Shown here one piece after another: positions 42,339 to 54,919 of a stretch of 64,000 bases of DNA. Source of the DNA: Eledone cirrhosa. Its lineage: Eukaryota. The notes under the pieces were generated by a model. The model was given only the letters and a program-made list of their open reading frames with translations. It was not told the origin of the DNA and made no database searches. How positions within the stretch are numbered: the first letter of the stretch is position 1; the number at the start of each line of letters is the position of its first letter. A program made the position numbers and the translations under genes. The stretch is taken from assembly GCA_964016885.1 (NCBI GenBank), contig OZ024750.1, forward strand, positions 51,274,001 through 51,338,000, read 5' to 3'.

Positions 42339-43075
42339 GAACGAGTAGGACACCGACGGCTGAGCTCAAGCCGTTTCGACGGCTAATTCGTCCAGAATTA
42401 GCCGTCGAAACAGCTTGAGCTCAGCCGTCGGGGTCCTACTCATTCCTATTACCCACTCTACTACCCTAAGTATTGAGTACTTTGGTGCGTTATGGTCTAC
42501 CTGGTTCCTTACCACATTACCTTCGTTATTTGAGGGTCATATTGTAATAATATTGCCAGAATTAATAACAGAACACACTCACTGTTTGGTTGGTTTTCGC
42601 TTCTCGCTGTCTTTTATATCGGTAATCTAACTTACTCAGTCCTCATGTTGCCATTGACTGACCGACGGTCAAAAATAATACAGATACAATATAGACACAA
42701 ACACATATATATAGTTTATCATAAATCTTTCGTTGCACATCTGCAACATCGTCAGTGGTTCTATTGTTTCCTCCTGTTGAATTGTATGGCTACGCCATTT
42801 TTATTCAGTCTGTCTATATATTTATTTATTTATTTGCTTGTTTGTTTATTTTATTCTGTCTTCTTTGCGCATGCGTTTGCGTGTGTGTATAGTGTTTTGT
42901 TTTATGTATGATGTGTGTTCATGATAGGGTGACTCATGTGTGTTTATGTGTCTGTTGTTATTGTGCTTGTGTATGTATTTATTTATTTATTTATTTATTT
43001 TATTTTATTTACTTATTTATACTTCTCTTAGGTCAGTGTTGTTTGTTTGGGTGTTGTTGTTATTCCATTCATTCT

Positions 43076-43129
<54 letters not shown>

Positions 43130-43197
43130 TTTCTGACTTTTGCGTTTCGCTTCGCCTTTCCTGCCCACCGAAATGCGATTCTCGATGAATCTTTATT

Positions 43198-43252
<55 letters not shown>

Positions 43253-44255
43253 ATATAACTTCAAAATATTAATAAATTTAGACATTCATGTGATCAAATA
43301 TATTTTATTATACATATTACAGAGATGCTGAGCTATTTCAACAGTACGTCCTCATCAGATAAAATAAGTTGATGCTTGACATACCTTGACTATGTTGTTG
43401 GTTATAATTTAGTCATATATATATATATATTTATACATACATACATATATTGTAGTACACAGTTGGTGTAAGTATTGAAAGGTTTAGACCACTCAGTACA
43501 TAGGGCGAGATATAATCATTTACAACAGTGACATATACAGGTACTGAAGTTTCGTTGCGTTGTTTACCCCAACTCATTCAGCCTGACATTATTGTGAGAG
43601 GCTGTGGATTGGCAGTATCGGTAGAGGGTCGGACGCCATGCTTTGATGCAAAGAGTTACGGCCCTTGCCATTCTGAGTTCAAATCCCGCCAAAGTTGACT
43701 TTGCCTTTCATCCTTACGGGGTCGATAAAATAAAGTACCAGTAATGCACTGGGTAATTGCTGGCCTTGTGCCTAAAGTAGAAACAATTATTGTGAGAGAG
43801 GCTGAATGAGTTGTGGTAAAGAAGCCAAAGAAACTTAAGTTGGTGTATATGTCACTGTTGTTACCGAGTTTAGTAATCCAAGTTGTACGTGTGTATACTT
43901 ACTTCTTCTTCACCAGGGGTTGTCCATTATATGTATCAACACCTGCAGATTATAGTTAAACCTTTGATAAACTGTAATTTTACTACCAAATTTCATACAT
44001 ATGTGTGTGTGTGTGTTTATGTGTGTGTATGTGTGTTAACGCGTCTGTGCGTGCGTGTGTGAGTGTCTCTGTGTGTGTATGTGTGTGTTGGATAATGAAA
44101 AAAAAAGTGAAGTGCTTAGTCAGTTCATTGATTAACGATCTTTCCAGAAGATTGATTGATCTACTGACGGTGGAAGTTATGTAACCCCATAATATTTAGT
44201 CTCCACACAAAAGATCCATCTCACCGCCTTCGTCAGAAACAGGTAGATACCAGTG

Positions 44256-44293
<38 letters not shown>

Positions 44294-44976
44294 AGGCTTT
44301 AACTTCAGCTTACAGTGGACATGCTCACTCTAAGCCAAATTGGAAGGCTTATATGGCACTATCTTATACATCGAACATTGTATTTTATCTGATGAAGTCA
44401 TACCATAATTTGGTATCCTTGAAATATATATAATAAAAATATATGTGATGCTATAGTGATATTTTCCATTTATTACTATTAATAATATTATAATACTCCA
44501 GATAAAATTTCTGCTGTAGAGTGCTTCATATCTGTTATGTGCTTCATATAAGTTGAATACTCATCAACAAAGCGTATAACTTATTGTTTAACGGCAGAGC
44601 TCAAGTCGTTTCGACGGCTATTTCTGTCCAGAAATAGCCGTCGAAACGACTTCAGCTCTGCCGTCGGGGTTAAACATTTTCCTATTACCTACTCTACGAC
44701 CCTAAGTACTGAGTACTCTGGTGTCTTATGGTCCAACTGGTTCCTTACCACACTTCCTTCGTTATATATATATATATCCCACAGGATGACACAACCAGTG
44801 TTCTAACATATCCACAAACCACCGCCCGGGTTTGATACTTTATTTCATCGAGACGTAAAGATAGGAATAAATACTTATTGAACTATATTTACTACCAATG
44901 ATGAATGGAATTCTGAGTAAATTAGAATTTCAAAATCAATATCATATTTCTAAATTAGAAAAAAAAAATAGTTACT

Positions 44977-45058
44977 CGCTGCGGGCAGGATTCGAACCTG
45001 CGCGGGCTATGCCCATTGGATTTCAAGTCCAACGCCTTAACCACTCGGCCACCACAGC
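44977..45058 (-). tRNA. tRNA-Ser(UGA), copy 7 (variable-loop variant)
   Basis: Variable arm GGGC-ATA-GCCC. Confidence 0.93.
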
Positions 45059-45535
45059 TGACATAACACTGATGATATAAATTGACCATTTAAACCTATA
45101 CAACAGATGTATGTTTGATTGTTTAGAAAGATTGATCAGAGGCAGCAGGTCTTCCATAGAAAATACGTAGTTATGTAGGTAGGTAGGAGATAGGTTTGTA
45201 TGTGGATATGTGGATATATAGATATATATATACATATATTAGTATTGCTGCTCTGAAATGGCGATGTATACATGAATGTATGTATAATAGTGATTAGGTT
45301 ATTTACTTGTTCTCGGCAAAAATAACAGAGAGCGGCCGACAGACAGTCTGTTTCTCGCTTGTGAGCGTTTATCAAGACCACACACTCGGTTGCCTTTGCC
45401 GAGAATTATAGAAGCAGGATTCTTATAGAATTCCAGTAATAATCAGGAGCTGATTAAACAAAGCGATTGCCGGTCCAGCAAAAATTAGGTTTTGATGCTC
45501 TAAATAGCGATGAATACATGAATGAATGTATGTGA

Positions 45536-45617
<82 letters not shown>

Positions 45618-45845
45618 TTGAGGGCGGCCGACATAACGAGAACTGCTAAATGTTTGACCGCCTTCTTGTCCCTGCCTTTTCAGCCCCATGGATTATATTC
45701 CCTTTATTAAATTACGAATACCTGATGATGTGACCGGATTCATAATAAAGAACCCGGTCATTGAAATGTTCATAGTATAATAAATCTTTTAAGGAATTAC
45801 ACCAGTCCAGCCTCCTGTTATTTTATAATATATTTATATATACAC

Positions 45846-45903
<58 letters not shown>

Positions 45904-46954
45904 GTGGGCAAGTAAGAAATCGGAGAATAGACCGTTAAAACATGTTTATTTAAAACAGCACCTACGTACGTTTCGCCCAGTAGGGCTTCTCAAGGGCATA
46001 AATAATAAAAAGTGTTCCTTACGTTGCTCGGAAAGAGTTTTGGGGGTTAAACCCACGTCAAGGTTCATTGCTCGCAGAAATAGCTTGTATCACCTATCCT
46101 ACCCTTTTTTTGTATCACCTATCCTACCCTTTTTTTTGTATCACCTATCCTACCCTTTTTTTTTCTCTCTCTCTCTATACGTAAATACTGTATATATATA
46201 TATATATATATATATAGGAACGAGTAGGACACCGACGGCTGAGCTCAAGCCGTTTCGACGGCTAATTCGTCCAGAATTAGCCGTCGAAACAGCTTGAGCT
46301 CAGCCGTCGGGGTCCTACTCATTCCTATTACCCACTCTACTACCCTAAGTATTGAGTACTTTGGTGCGTTATGGTCTACCTGGTTCCTTACCACATTACC
46401 TTCGTTATTTGAGGGTCATATTGTAATAATATTGCCAGAATTAATAACAGAACACACTCACTGTTTGGTTGGTTTTCGCTTCTCGCTGTCTTTTATATCT
46501 GCAATCTAACTTACTCAGTCCTCATGTTGCCATTGACTGACCGACGGTCAAAAATAATACAGATACAATATAGACACAAACACATATATATAGTTTATCA
46601 TAAATCTTTCGTTGCACATCTGCAACATCGTCAGTGGTTCTATTGTTTCCTCCTGTTGAATTGTATGGCTACGCCATTTTTATTCAGTCTGTCTATATAT
46701 TTATTTATTTATTTGCTTGTTTGTTTATTTTATTTTGTCTTCTTTGCGCATGCGTTTGCGTGTGTGTATAGTGTTTTGTTTTATGTATGATGTGTGTTCA
46801 TGATAGGGTGACTCATGTGTGTTTATGTGTTTGTTGTTATTGTGCTTGTGTATGTATTTATTTATTTATTTATTTATTTTATTTTATTTACTTATTTATA
46901 CTTCTCTTAGGTCAGTGTTGTTTGTTTGGGTGTTGTTGTTATTCCATTCATTCT

Positions 46955-47124
<170 letters not shown>

Positions 47125-47192
47125 TTTCTGACTTTTGCGTTTCGCTTCGCCTTTCCTGCCCACCGAAATGCGATTCTCGATGAATCTTTATT

Positions 47193-47224
<32 letters not shown>

Positions 47225-48241
47225 TATATATATATATATATAACTTCAAAATATTAATAAATTTAGACATTCATGTGATCAAATATATTTTGTTATACAT
47301 ATTACAGAGATGCTGAGCTATTTCAACAGTACGTCCTCATCAGATAAAATAAGTTGATGCTTGACATATTTTGACTATGTTGATGGTTATAATTTAGTCA
47401 TATATATATATATATATATTTATACATACATACATATATTGTAGTACACAGTTGGTGTAAGTATTGAAAGGTTTAGACCACTCAGTACATAGGGCGAGAT
47501 ATAATCATTTACAACAGTGACATATACAGGTACTGAAGTTTCGTTGCGTTGTTTACCCCAACTCATTCAGCCTGACATTATTGTGAGAGGCTGTGGATTG
47601 GCAGTATCGGTAGAGGGTCGGACGCCATGCTTTGATGCAAAGAGTTACGGCCCTTGCCATTCTGAGTTCAAATCCCGCCAAAGTTGACTTTGCCTTTCAT
47701 CCTTACGGGGTCGATAAAATAAAGTACCAGTAATGCACTGGGTAATTGCTGGCCTTGTGCCTAAAGTAGAAACAATTATTGTGAGAGGCTGAATGAGTTG
47801 TGGTAAAGAAGCCAAAGAAACTTAAGTTGGTGTATATGTCACTGGTGTTACCGAGTTTAGTAATCCAAGTTGTACGTGTGTATACTTACTTCTTCTTCAC
47901 CAGGGGTTGTCCATTATATGTATCAACACCTGCAGATTATAGTTAAACCCTTGATAAACTGTGATTTCACTACCAAATGTCATACATATGTGTGTGTGTG
48001 TGTGTGTATTTATGTGTGTGTGTTAGCGCGTCTGTGCGTGCGCGTGTGCGTGTATGTGTGTGTGTGTGTATTTATGTGTGTGTGTGTCTGTTAGCGCGTC
48101 TGTGCGTGCGCGTGTGCGTGTATGTGTGTGTGTATGAGTGTATTGGACAATGAAAAGAAATAATGAACTGAAATCTGAATAAATTATAGTTTCAAAATCA
48201 ATAACATATTTCTAAAATAGAAAAAAAAAAGAAAAGATAAT

Positions 48242-48323
48242 CGCTGCGGGCAGGATTCGAACCTACGCGGGCAACGCCCATTGGATTTCAAGTCCAACGC
48301 CTTAACCACTCGGCCACCACAGC
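48242..48323 (-). tRNA. tRNA-Ser(UGA), copy 8 (T-stem U:G variant)
   Basis: Same sequence as copy 3. Confidence 0.93.
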
Positions 48324-48475
48324 TGACGTAACACTGATGATATAAATTGACCATTTAAACCTATACAACAGATGTATGTTTGATTGTTTAGAAAGATTGA
48401 TCAGAAGCAGCAGGTCTTCCATAGAGAATACGCAGTTATGTGGGTAGGTAGGAGATAGGTTTGTATGTGGATATG

Positions 48476-48558
<83 letters not shown>

Positions 48559-48771
48559 CGTTTCTGAATTTGTTTAGCAAGATTCTTTATCTGAAATCGT
48601 GTGTTGAAACCGATATTGTTATACTTTGGGAGGGTCATGTTGCCAATAAGAAACACACGCACCAGTTGCTTTCACTTCAATTTAATTTAATATATATTTA
48701 TAAATTTACAAATTTATAAATTTCTGGTTGGTTGGTTGGTTCCACAACCAGATAGTTGTTTATATATATAT

Positions 48772-48816
48772 AGTCATAGTTCTTTCGTCACACACTCTGT
48801 GACCTCTTCAGTGACT
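48772..48816 (-). ncRNA. PLE pLTR hammerhead (inverted arm)
   Basis: Reverse complement of 51253-51297. Confidence 0.65.
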
Positions 48817-49604
48817 GGGGATTTCTTTCTTCGTTTCTGTGCCTTTCCTTTCTTCTATCCTACGCCATTTTGTTTGTGTGTGGGTTGCGTGCTCAGTTTG
48901 CGCATGCGCCACATCCGGGTGTCTGTGTGTGTTTGTGTTCATTTTTTCTATTTTTCTATTTATATTTGTTTGTTTATTTATTTATTTATTGTTGGTTGGT
49001 TGTTTGTTCTATGTGTGTGTGTGTTTTCATTTTGTCTTGTGTGTGTTTTCATTTTGTGTGTGTTTTCAATTGTAAGTTGTTTGTTCTATGTGTGTGTGTG
49101 TGTTTTCATTTTGTCCTTAATTGTAAGTTGTGATGTTGCTGTTCCACTCATATTTTCTATTTAATTTTGGTTTTAATTCTTTTATGCTTACTGCCTCTGT
49201 AATTAGCCTAAACATTGCGTCTTTCTTGTGTGTGGATTCTATTTTTATTTCTATGCTCTCTAATTTACCCCTGTGTTCTATCTTAGCATGTTGGTAGAGC
49301 ACAGATGATTCTTTACTATCTTGGAGGTCTCGCCAGTGTTCATTTATTCGTTCCCCTATACTACGAGCTGTCTCACCTATGTACACTATATTTTTGTTTC
49401 TACATGTGTTTTTCTCTGGTTCCTGACTGTTCTTTAGTGGGGGTGTCTTAACTACGATGTTTATATCATCTACGTAGCGGGAGTACATTATCAGGGTTAA
49501 GCTGTCTTCTAATTGTTCATTAAGTTTTTGTTTAAGTCTACTGTCCCACCATACCATGAACAAGTTAGCTATGTCGCCTGTGCAATCATGATGAACTGAA
49601 GAAA

Positions 49605-50954
49605 ATGATTGCACATGCGGTAGGGGCCAGCATAAAATTAACCCTTAAGGAACATATGTTCAAATTTAATGGTAAAACATATGCCCAAGAGGAAGGAGCA
49701 GCCATTGGTGTTAGCATTGCAGGCGACATAGCTAACTTGTTCATGGTATGGTGGGACAGTAGACTTAAACAAAAACTTAATGAACAATTAGAAGACAGCT
49801 TAACCCTGATAATGTACTCCCGCTACGTAGATGATATAAACATCGTAGTTAAGACACCCCCACTAAAGAACAGTCAGGAACCAGAGAAAAACACAATGGA
49901 AAGCATCCAGCAAATAGCAAACTCCATCCACCAGAGCATTAGAGTTACTATAGACTACCCAAGTAGACACCCCAACCATCGATTACCTGTACTAGACACA
50001 GAGCTCTGGTTAGATACTATTAACAACCAAAAACAAATCCTCCATTCCCATTATGCCAAACCCATGACTTCCAAACATCTGATCCACCGAAACTCGGCCA
50101 TTTCGGACCATACCAAAATCAACATACTGATTGCGGATTTGGTACGGGTGATGAGAAATGTGTCCCGCATGTGCAACCCCGAAGAACTAGAGAGACACAT
50201 ACAACACTTCATCCACCGTATGCAGTTCTCTGGCTACAATCAGAGAGATAGAATCAGAGTGTATAAAGGAGCCAGAACCAAATGGGAAAAAATGGTAAAT
50301 AATGACATAAATGGGACCTGCCCCTTGTATAGGAGCAAATTTTGGAATAGAATAGAAAGAACTAAGAACAAGGCCAATAGAATAAACTCATGGTATGATA
50401 GCAATAAATACCAGAGTGTAATGTTCATCAATACAACCCCTAGAGGCGAACTAGCCTACAAATTTAGAAGGGCCCTAAAGAAACATAATCTCAATATTAA
50501 GATAGTAGAAAGACCTGGTACCTCCGTAAAAACACTTATTAGCAAGACATAGCCGTTCCAAAGACCCTCATGTATAGATAAGAAATGTATAACCTGTAAA
50601 ATAAGCCCCCATATTAACTGTAAAACTAGAAATGTAGTATATAGCATAAGATGTACTGAAGGACAATGTAGAAACAAAAATATAGTGTACATAGGTGAGA
50701 CAGCTCGTAGTATAGGGGAACGAATAAATGAACACTGGCGAGACCTCCAAGATAGTAAAGAATCATCTGTGCTCTACCAACATGCTAAGATAGAACACAG
50801 GGGTAAATTAGAGAGCATAGAAATAAAAATAGAATCCACACACAAGAAAGACGCAATGTTTAGGCAAATTACAGAGGCAGTAAGCATAAAAGAATTAAAA
50901 CCAAAATTAAATAGAAAATATGAGTGGAACAGCAACATCACAACTTACAATTAA
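49605..50954 (+). pseudogene. PLE reverse transcriptase (C-terminal half) - Cys linker - GIY-YIG endonuclease, with one in-frame TAG at 50550
   Basis: GAAIGVSIAGDIANLFM, YSRYVDD, LPVLD, CIDKKCITC, VVYSIRC..C..IVYIGETARSIGERINEH. The paralogue at 5.99 kb has TAC (Tyr) at the stop position. Confidence 0.92.
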
Positions 50955-51252
50955 GGACAAAATGAAAACACACACACACACATAGAACAAACAATTACAA
51001 TTGAAAACACACACAAAATGAAAACACACACAAGACAAAATGAAAACACACACACACATAGAACAAACAACCAACCAACAATAAATAAATAAATAAACAA
51101 ACAAATATAAATAGAAAAATAGAAAAATGAACACAAACACACACAGACACCCGGATGTGGCGCATGCGCAAACTGAGCACGCAACCCACACACAAACAAA
51201 ATGGCGTAGGATAGAAGAAAGGAAAGGCACAGAAACGAAGAAAGAAATCCCC

Positions 51253-51297
51253 AGTCACTGAAGAGGTCACAGAGTGTGTGACGAAAGAACTATGACT
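51253..51297 (+). ncRNA. PLE pLTR minimal hammerhead
   Basis: AGUCA-CUGAAGA-g GUCACA gagug UGUGAC-GAAA-GAAC-UA/UGACU. Confidence 0.7.
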
Positions 51298-51432
51298 ATA
51301 TATATATAAACAACTATCTGGTTGTGGAACCAACCAACCAACCAGAAATTTATAAATATATATTAAATTAAATTGAAGTGAAAGCAACTGGTGCGTGTGT
51401 TTCTTATTGGCAACATGACCCTCCCAAAGTAT

Positions 51433-51479
<47 letters not shown>

Positions 51480-51828
51480 TATTGGTGCTCTGAAATGGCG
51501 ATGTATACATGAATGTATGTATAATATACTGTATGTCTAATTAAAAACATTTAGAAGACCATTCGCTATTAGTTTGAAAGTAGTGATTATGTTATTTACT
51601 TGTTCTCGTCAAAAACAACAGAGAGCGGTGCACAGACAGTCTGTTTCTCGCTTGTGAGCGTTTATCAAGACCACACACTCGGTTGCCTTTGCCGAGAATT
51701 ATAGAGGCTGGATTCTTATAGAATTCCAGTAATAATCAGGAGCTGATTAAACAAAGCGATTGCCGGACCAGCAAAAATTAGGTATTGATACTCTAAATAG
51801 CGATGAATACATGAATGTATATGTGTGA

Positions 51829-51864
<36 letters not shown>

Positions 51865-52082
51865 TTGAAGGCGGTCGATTTGACGAGAAACTGCTAAATG
51901 TATGGCCGCCTTTTTGTCCCTGCCTTTTCAGCCCCATGGATTATATTCCTTTATTAAATTACGAATACCTGATGATGTGACCGGATTCATAAAGAACCCG
52001 GTCATTGAAATGTTCATAGTATAATAAATCTTTTAAGGAATTTCACCAGTCCAGCCTCCTGTTATTTTATAATATATTTAAG

Positions 52083-52302
52083 TGAAGGCGCGTGGCTGAG
52101 TGGTTAGGGAATTGGATTCGCAATCGTAAGGTTGTGAGTTCGATTCCTGGACCAGGTGATGCGTTATGTCCTTGAGCAAGACACTTTATTTCACGTTGCT
52201 CCTTCTACCTGGAGTTGTGACCGATAGATAGTATTAGCAATTGGAAAGACCAACGGAAACATTGTTCCCTCGGTCCGATTTGACGAAAGTCGATCGTTCC
52301 TT
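52083..52302 (+). mobile_element. tRNA-derived CORE-like SINE
   Basis: Near-identical to 2519-2738. Confidence 0.8.
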
Positions 52303-52369
<67 letters not shown>

Positions 52370-52436
52370 AAGGTTTAGCAAATAAGGAAAAAGTTTCAAA
52401 ATAAATTTTAAAAGATTAACATTACCTACTATAGTT

Positions 52437-52520
52437 ACCTTTACCGAATCGGTTTCGAATCTCAAAAATAAACGGAGTCCATACGGCCTTCGTTGCAAAG
52501 AAAGATTCTCGTCAGAAGGT
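52437..52520 (-). ncRNA. Canonical type I hammerhead ribozyme with long stem II
   Basis: ACCUU-CUGACGA-GAAUCU..(40 nt)..AGAUUC-GAAA-CCG auu CGG-UA/AAGGU. Confidence 0.85.
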
Positions 52521-53503
52521 TCTTTACATTCGAAGAATATAAAATTCTCGAACTTCAATTACAAACTGGCGCTATTCAAAATTGTTCCCGAGATGAGAGT
52601 AAATGAAGTGGAATCAATTTTTTCAAGGGCCGAGTGCAAAGATAGAAGCAGAGGCAGGCAGGTCAGTCTGCTACCGCTATAACTAGCAGCAATCAGAACG
52701 ACCAAATTTTTTTCTCAACATAGAGGAGGGTGTAATAATAGAATATGTGTTCCTACACGTACAATGCGCTAAGGGACACGTGTATTGTCCAAACAATTGC
52801 CAATATTTGGATATATATATAAGCCTTTAACTTCAGCTTACAGTGGACATGCCCACTGTAAGCTAAATTGGAAGGCTTATATGGCACTATCTTACACATC
52901 GAACATTGTATTTTATCTGATGAAAGCATACCATAATTTGGTATCCTTGAAATATATATAATAAAAATATATATGATGCTATAGTGATATTTTCCATTTA
53001 TTACTATTATTAATATTATAATACTCCAGATAAAATTTCCACTGTAGAGTTCTTCATATCTGTTATGAACATAACTCTGTTGAATACTCATCAACAAAGC
53101 GTATAACTCATTGCTTAACGACAGAGCTGAAGCCGTTTCGACGGCTATTTCTGTCCAGAAACAGCCGTCGAAACGGCTTCAGCTCTGCCGTTAGGGTTAA
53201 ACATTTTCCTATTACCTACTCTACGACCCTAATTACTGAGTACTCTGGTGTCTCATGGTCCAACTCGTTCCTTACCACACTTCCTTCGTTATATATATAT
53301 ATATCCCACAGGATAACACAACCAGTGTTCTAACATATCCACAAACCACCGCCCGGGTTTGATACTTTATTTCATCGAGACGTAAAGATAGGAATAAATA
53401 CTTATTGAACTATATTTACTACCAATGATGAATGGAATTCTGAGTAAATTAGAATTTCAAAATCAATATCATATTTCTAAATTAGAATAAAAAAATAGTT
53501 ACT

Positions 53504-53585
53504 CGCTGCGGGCAGGATTCGAACCTGCGCGGGCAATGCCCATTGGATTTCAAGTCCAACGCCTTAACCACTCGGCCACCACAGC
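53504..53585 (-). tRNA. tRNA-Ser(UGA), copy 9 (variable-loop variant)
   Basis: Variable arm GGGC-ATT-GCCC. Confidence 0.93.
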
Positions 53586-53722
53586 TGATATAGGAGTGTT
53601 GATATAAATTGACCTTTTAAAGCTATCAACAGATGTATGTTTGATTGTTTAGAAAGATTGTCTAATAGAGATTACGCAGTTATGTGGGTAGGTCGGATGT
53701 AGGTTTGTATGTGGATATATAG

Positions 53723-53827
<105 letters not shown>

Positions 53828-53851
53828 CATACGCACGTACTTCCTACCTCG

Positions 53852-54010
53852 AAGGCGCCTGGCTTGGATTCGTTATTGTGAGGTTGCGAGTTCAATTCTC
53901 GGTCCGGGTGATGCGTTGTGTCCTTGAGCAAGACACTTTATTTCACGTATCTCTTTCTGCCAGATAGTATTCAGCGATGGAAACATTGTTCCATTGGTCC
54001 GATTTAACGA
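53852..54010 (+). mobile_element. Degenerate CORE-like SINE
   Basis: gaaggcgc..gagttcaattc..gtgtccttgagcaagacactttatttcacg. Confidence 0.65.
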
Positions 54011-54110
54011 TTTTGGCGCCTCGTTCGATATTTTACATATCTCTATTCCCACTCTACATCACCCATGTATCGATACTCACATGATTTGTGGTCGCTATGT
54101 ATAAATGTAT

Positions 54111-54179
<69 letters not shown>

Positions 54180-54315
54180 CAAAAGAGATATTTAATTTGT
54201 TTGTAATTCAACAAATATAAATGCTTATAACTGATTCGAAGCACTCGACAAGTTTTCTGGAGTATAATATCAATGATATTAATAAATGGAAACTATATTT
54301 ATAAAACCATATTTA

Positions 54316-54372
54316 TTCTATTATATATATTTCAAGGGTACCAAAACTTTGGTACGCCCTCATCAGATAAAA
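54316..54372 (-). ncRNA. Minimal hammerhead family A (element ~54178-54440)
   Basis: UUUUAU-CUGAUGA-GGGc GUACCA aaguuu UGGUAC CCUU-GAAA-UAUAUA-UA/AUAGAA. Confidence 0.7.
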
Positions 54373-54919
54373 TACAAAGTTTGTTTTATAAATATTGACA
54401 TTTCCAGGAAGGAGATCTTAACGGTTCAAGTTTTTCCTGGATATATATATATTTGTACTGCCTCTCTGTTTTGTTCCTGTTCAAATTTTCCATTATATAT
54501 AATACACGCTCACACGGCTTCCATTCCTTTGGAACAGAACTTAACTACCGACTCAACCCCGATCTAATCCACCGTGACCACTCTCTGAACTTTACACACC
54601 TTCCCACACTTGGTCTTTCCTTCCACGCATTACTTTTGTTTGATTTTGTTACTGTACTTGTTTATTTCCGTATATGATTTTTTGCCTGTGTTCTTACAAT
54701 TTCATTTCTATGATTTTTTGTCCACGATTGCCTGTATTTTTACCTTTATGAATTTTTGTCTTTAATTTTCCTGTCTATACTCTCCCCTCCTTACGTTTTT
54801 CTGTTTCATTTTCCCTTCCCCGTCTCTGCCTATCCTTCGCACTCACTCCTTCGTTCACTCCACCCCGCTTCACACACCTGCTTTCTCATCCCTCCCCCTG
54901 CTTTCACCCAACGCCCACC

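Larger units (their letters stand above)
48557..51440. mobile_element. 5'-truncated Penelope-like retroelement (possibly Naiad clade) with inverted, internally deleted upstream copy
   Basis: Minus arm 48557-~49589, plus arm ~49590-51440. RT and GIY-YIG motifs, pLTR hammerheads, (TA)n flanks. Confidence 0.93.

Noticed and set aside
50550-50552. Recoded stop (selenocysteine) in the PLE ORF
   Set aside because: The codon is TAG, and the paralogue at ~5.99 kb has TAC; a simple nonsense mutation
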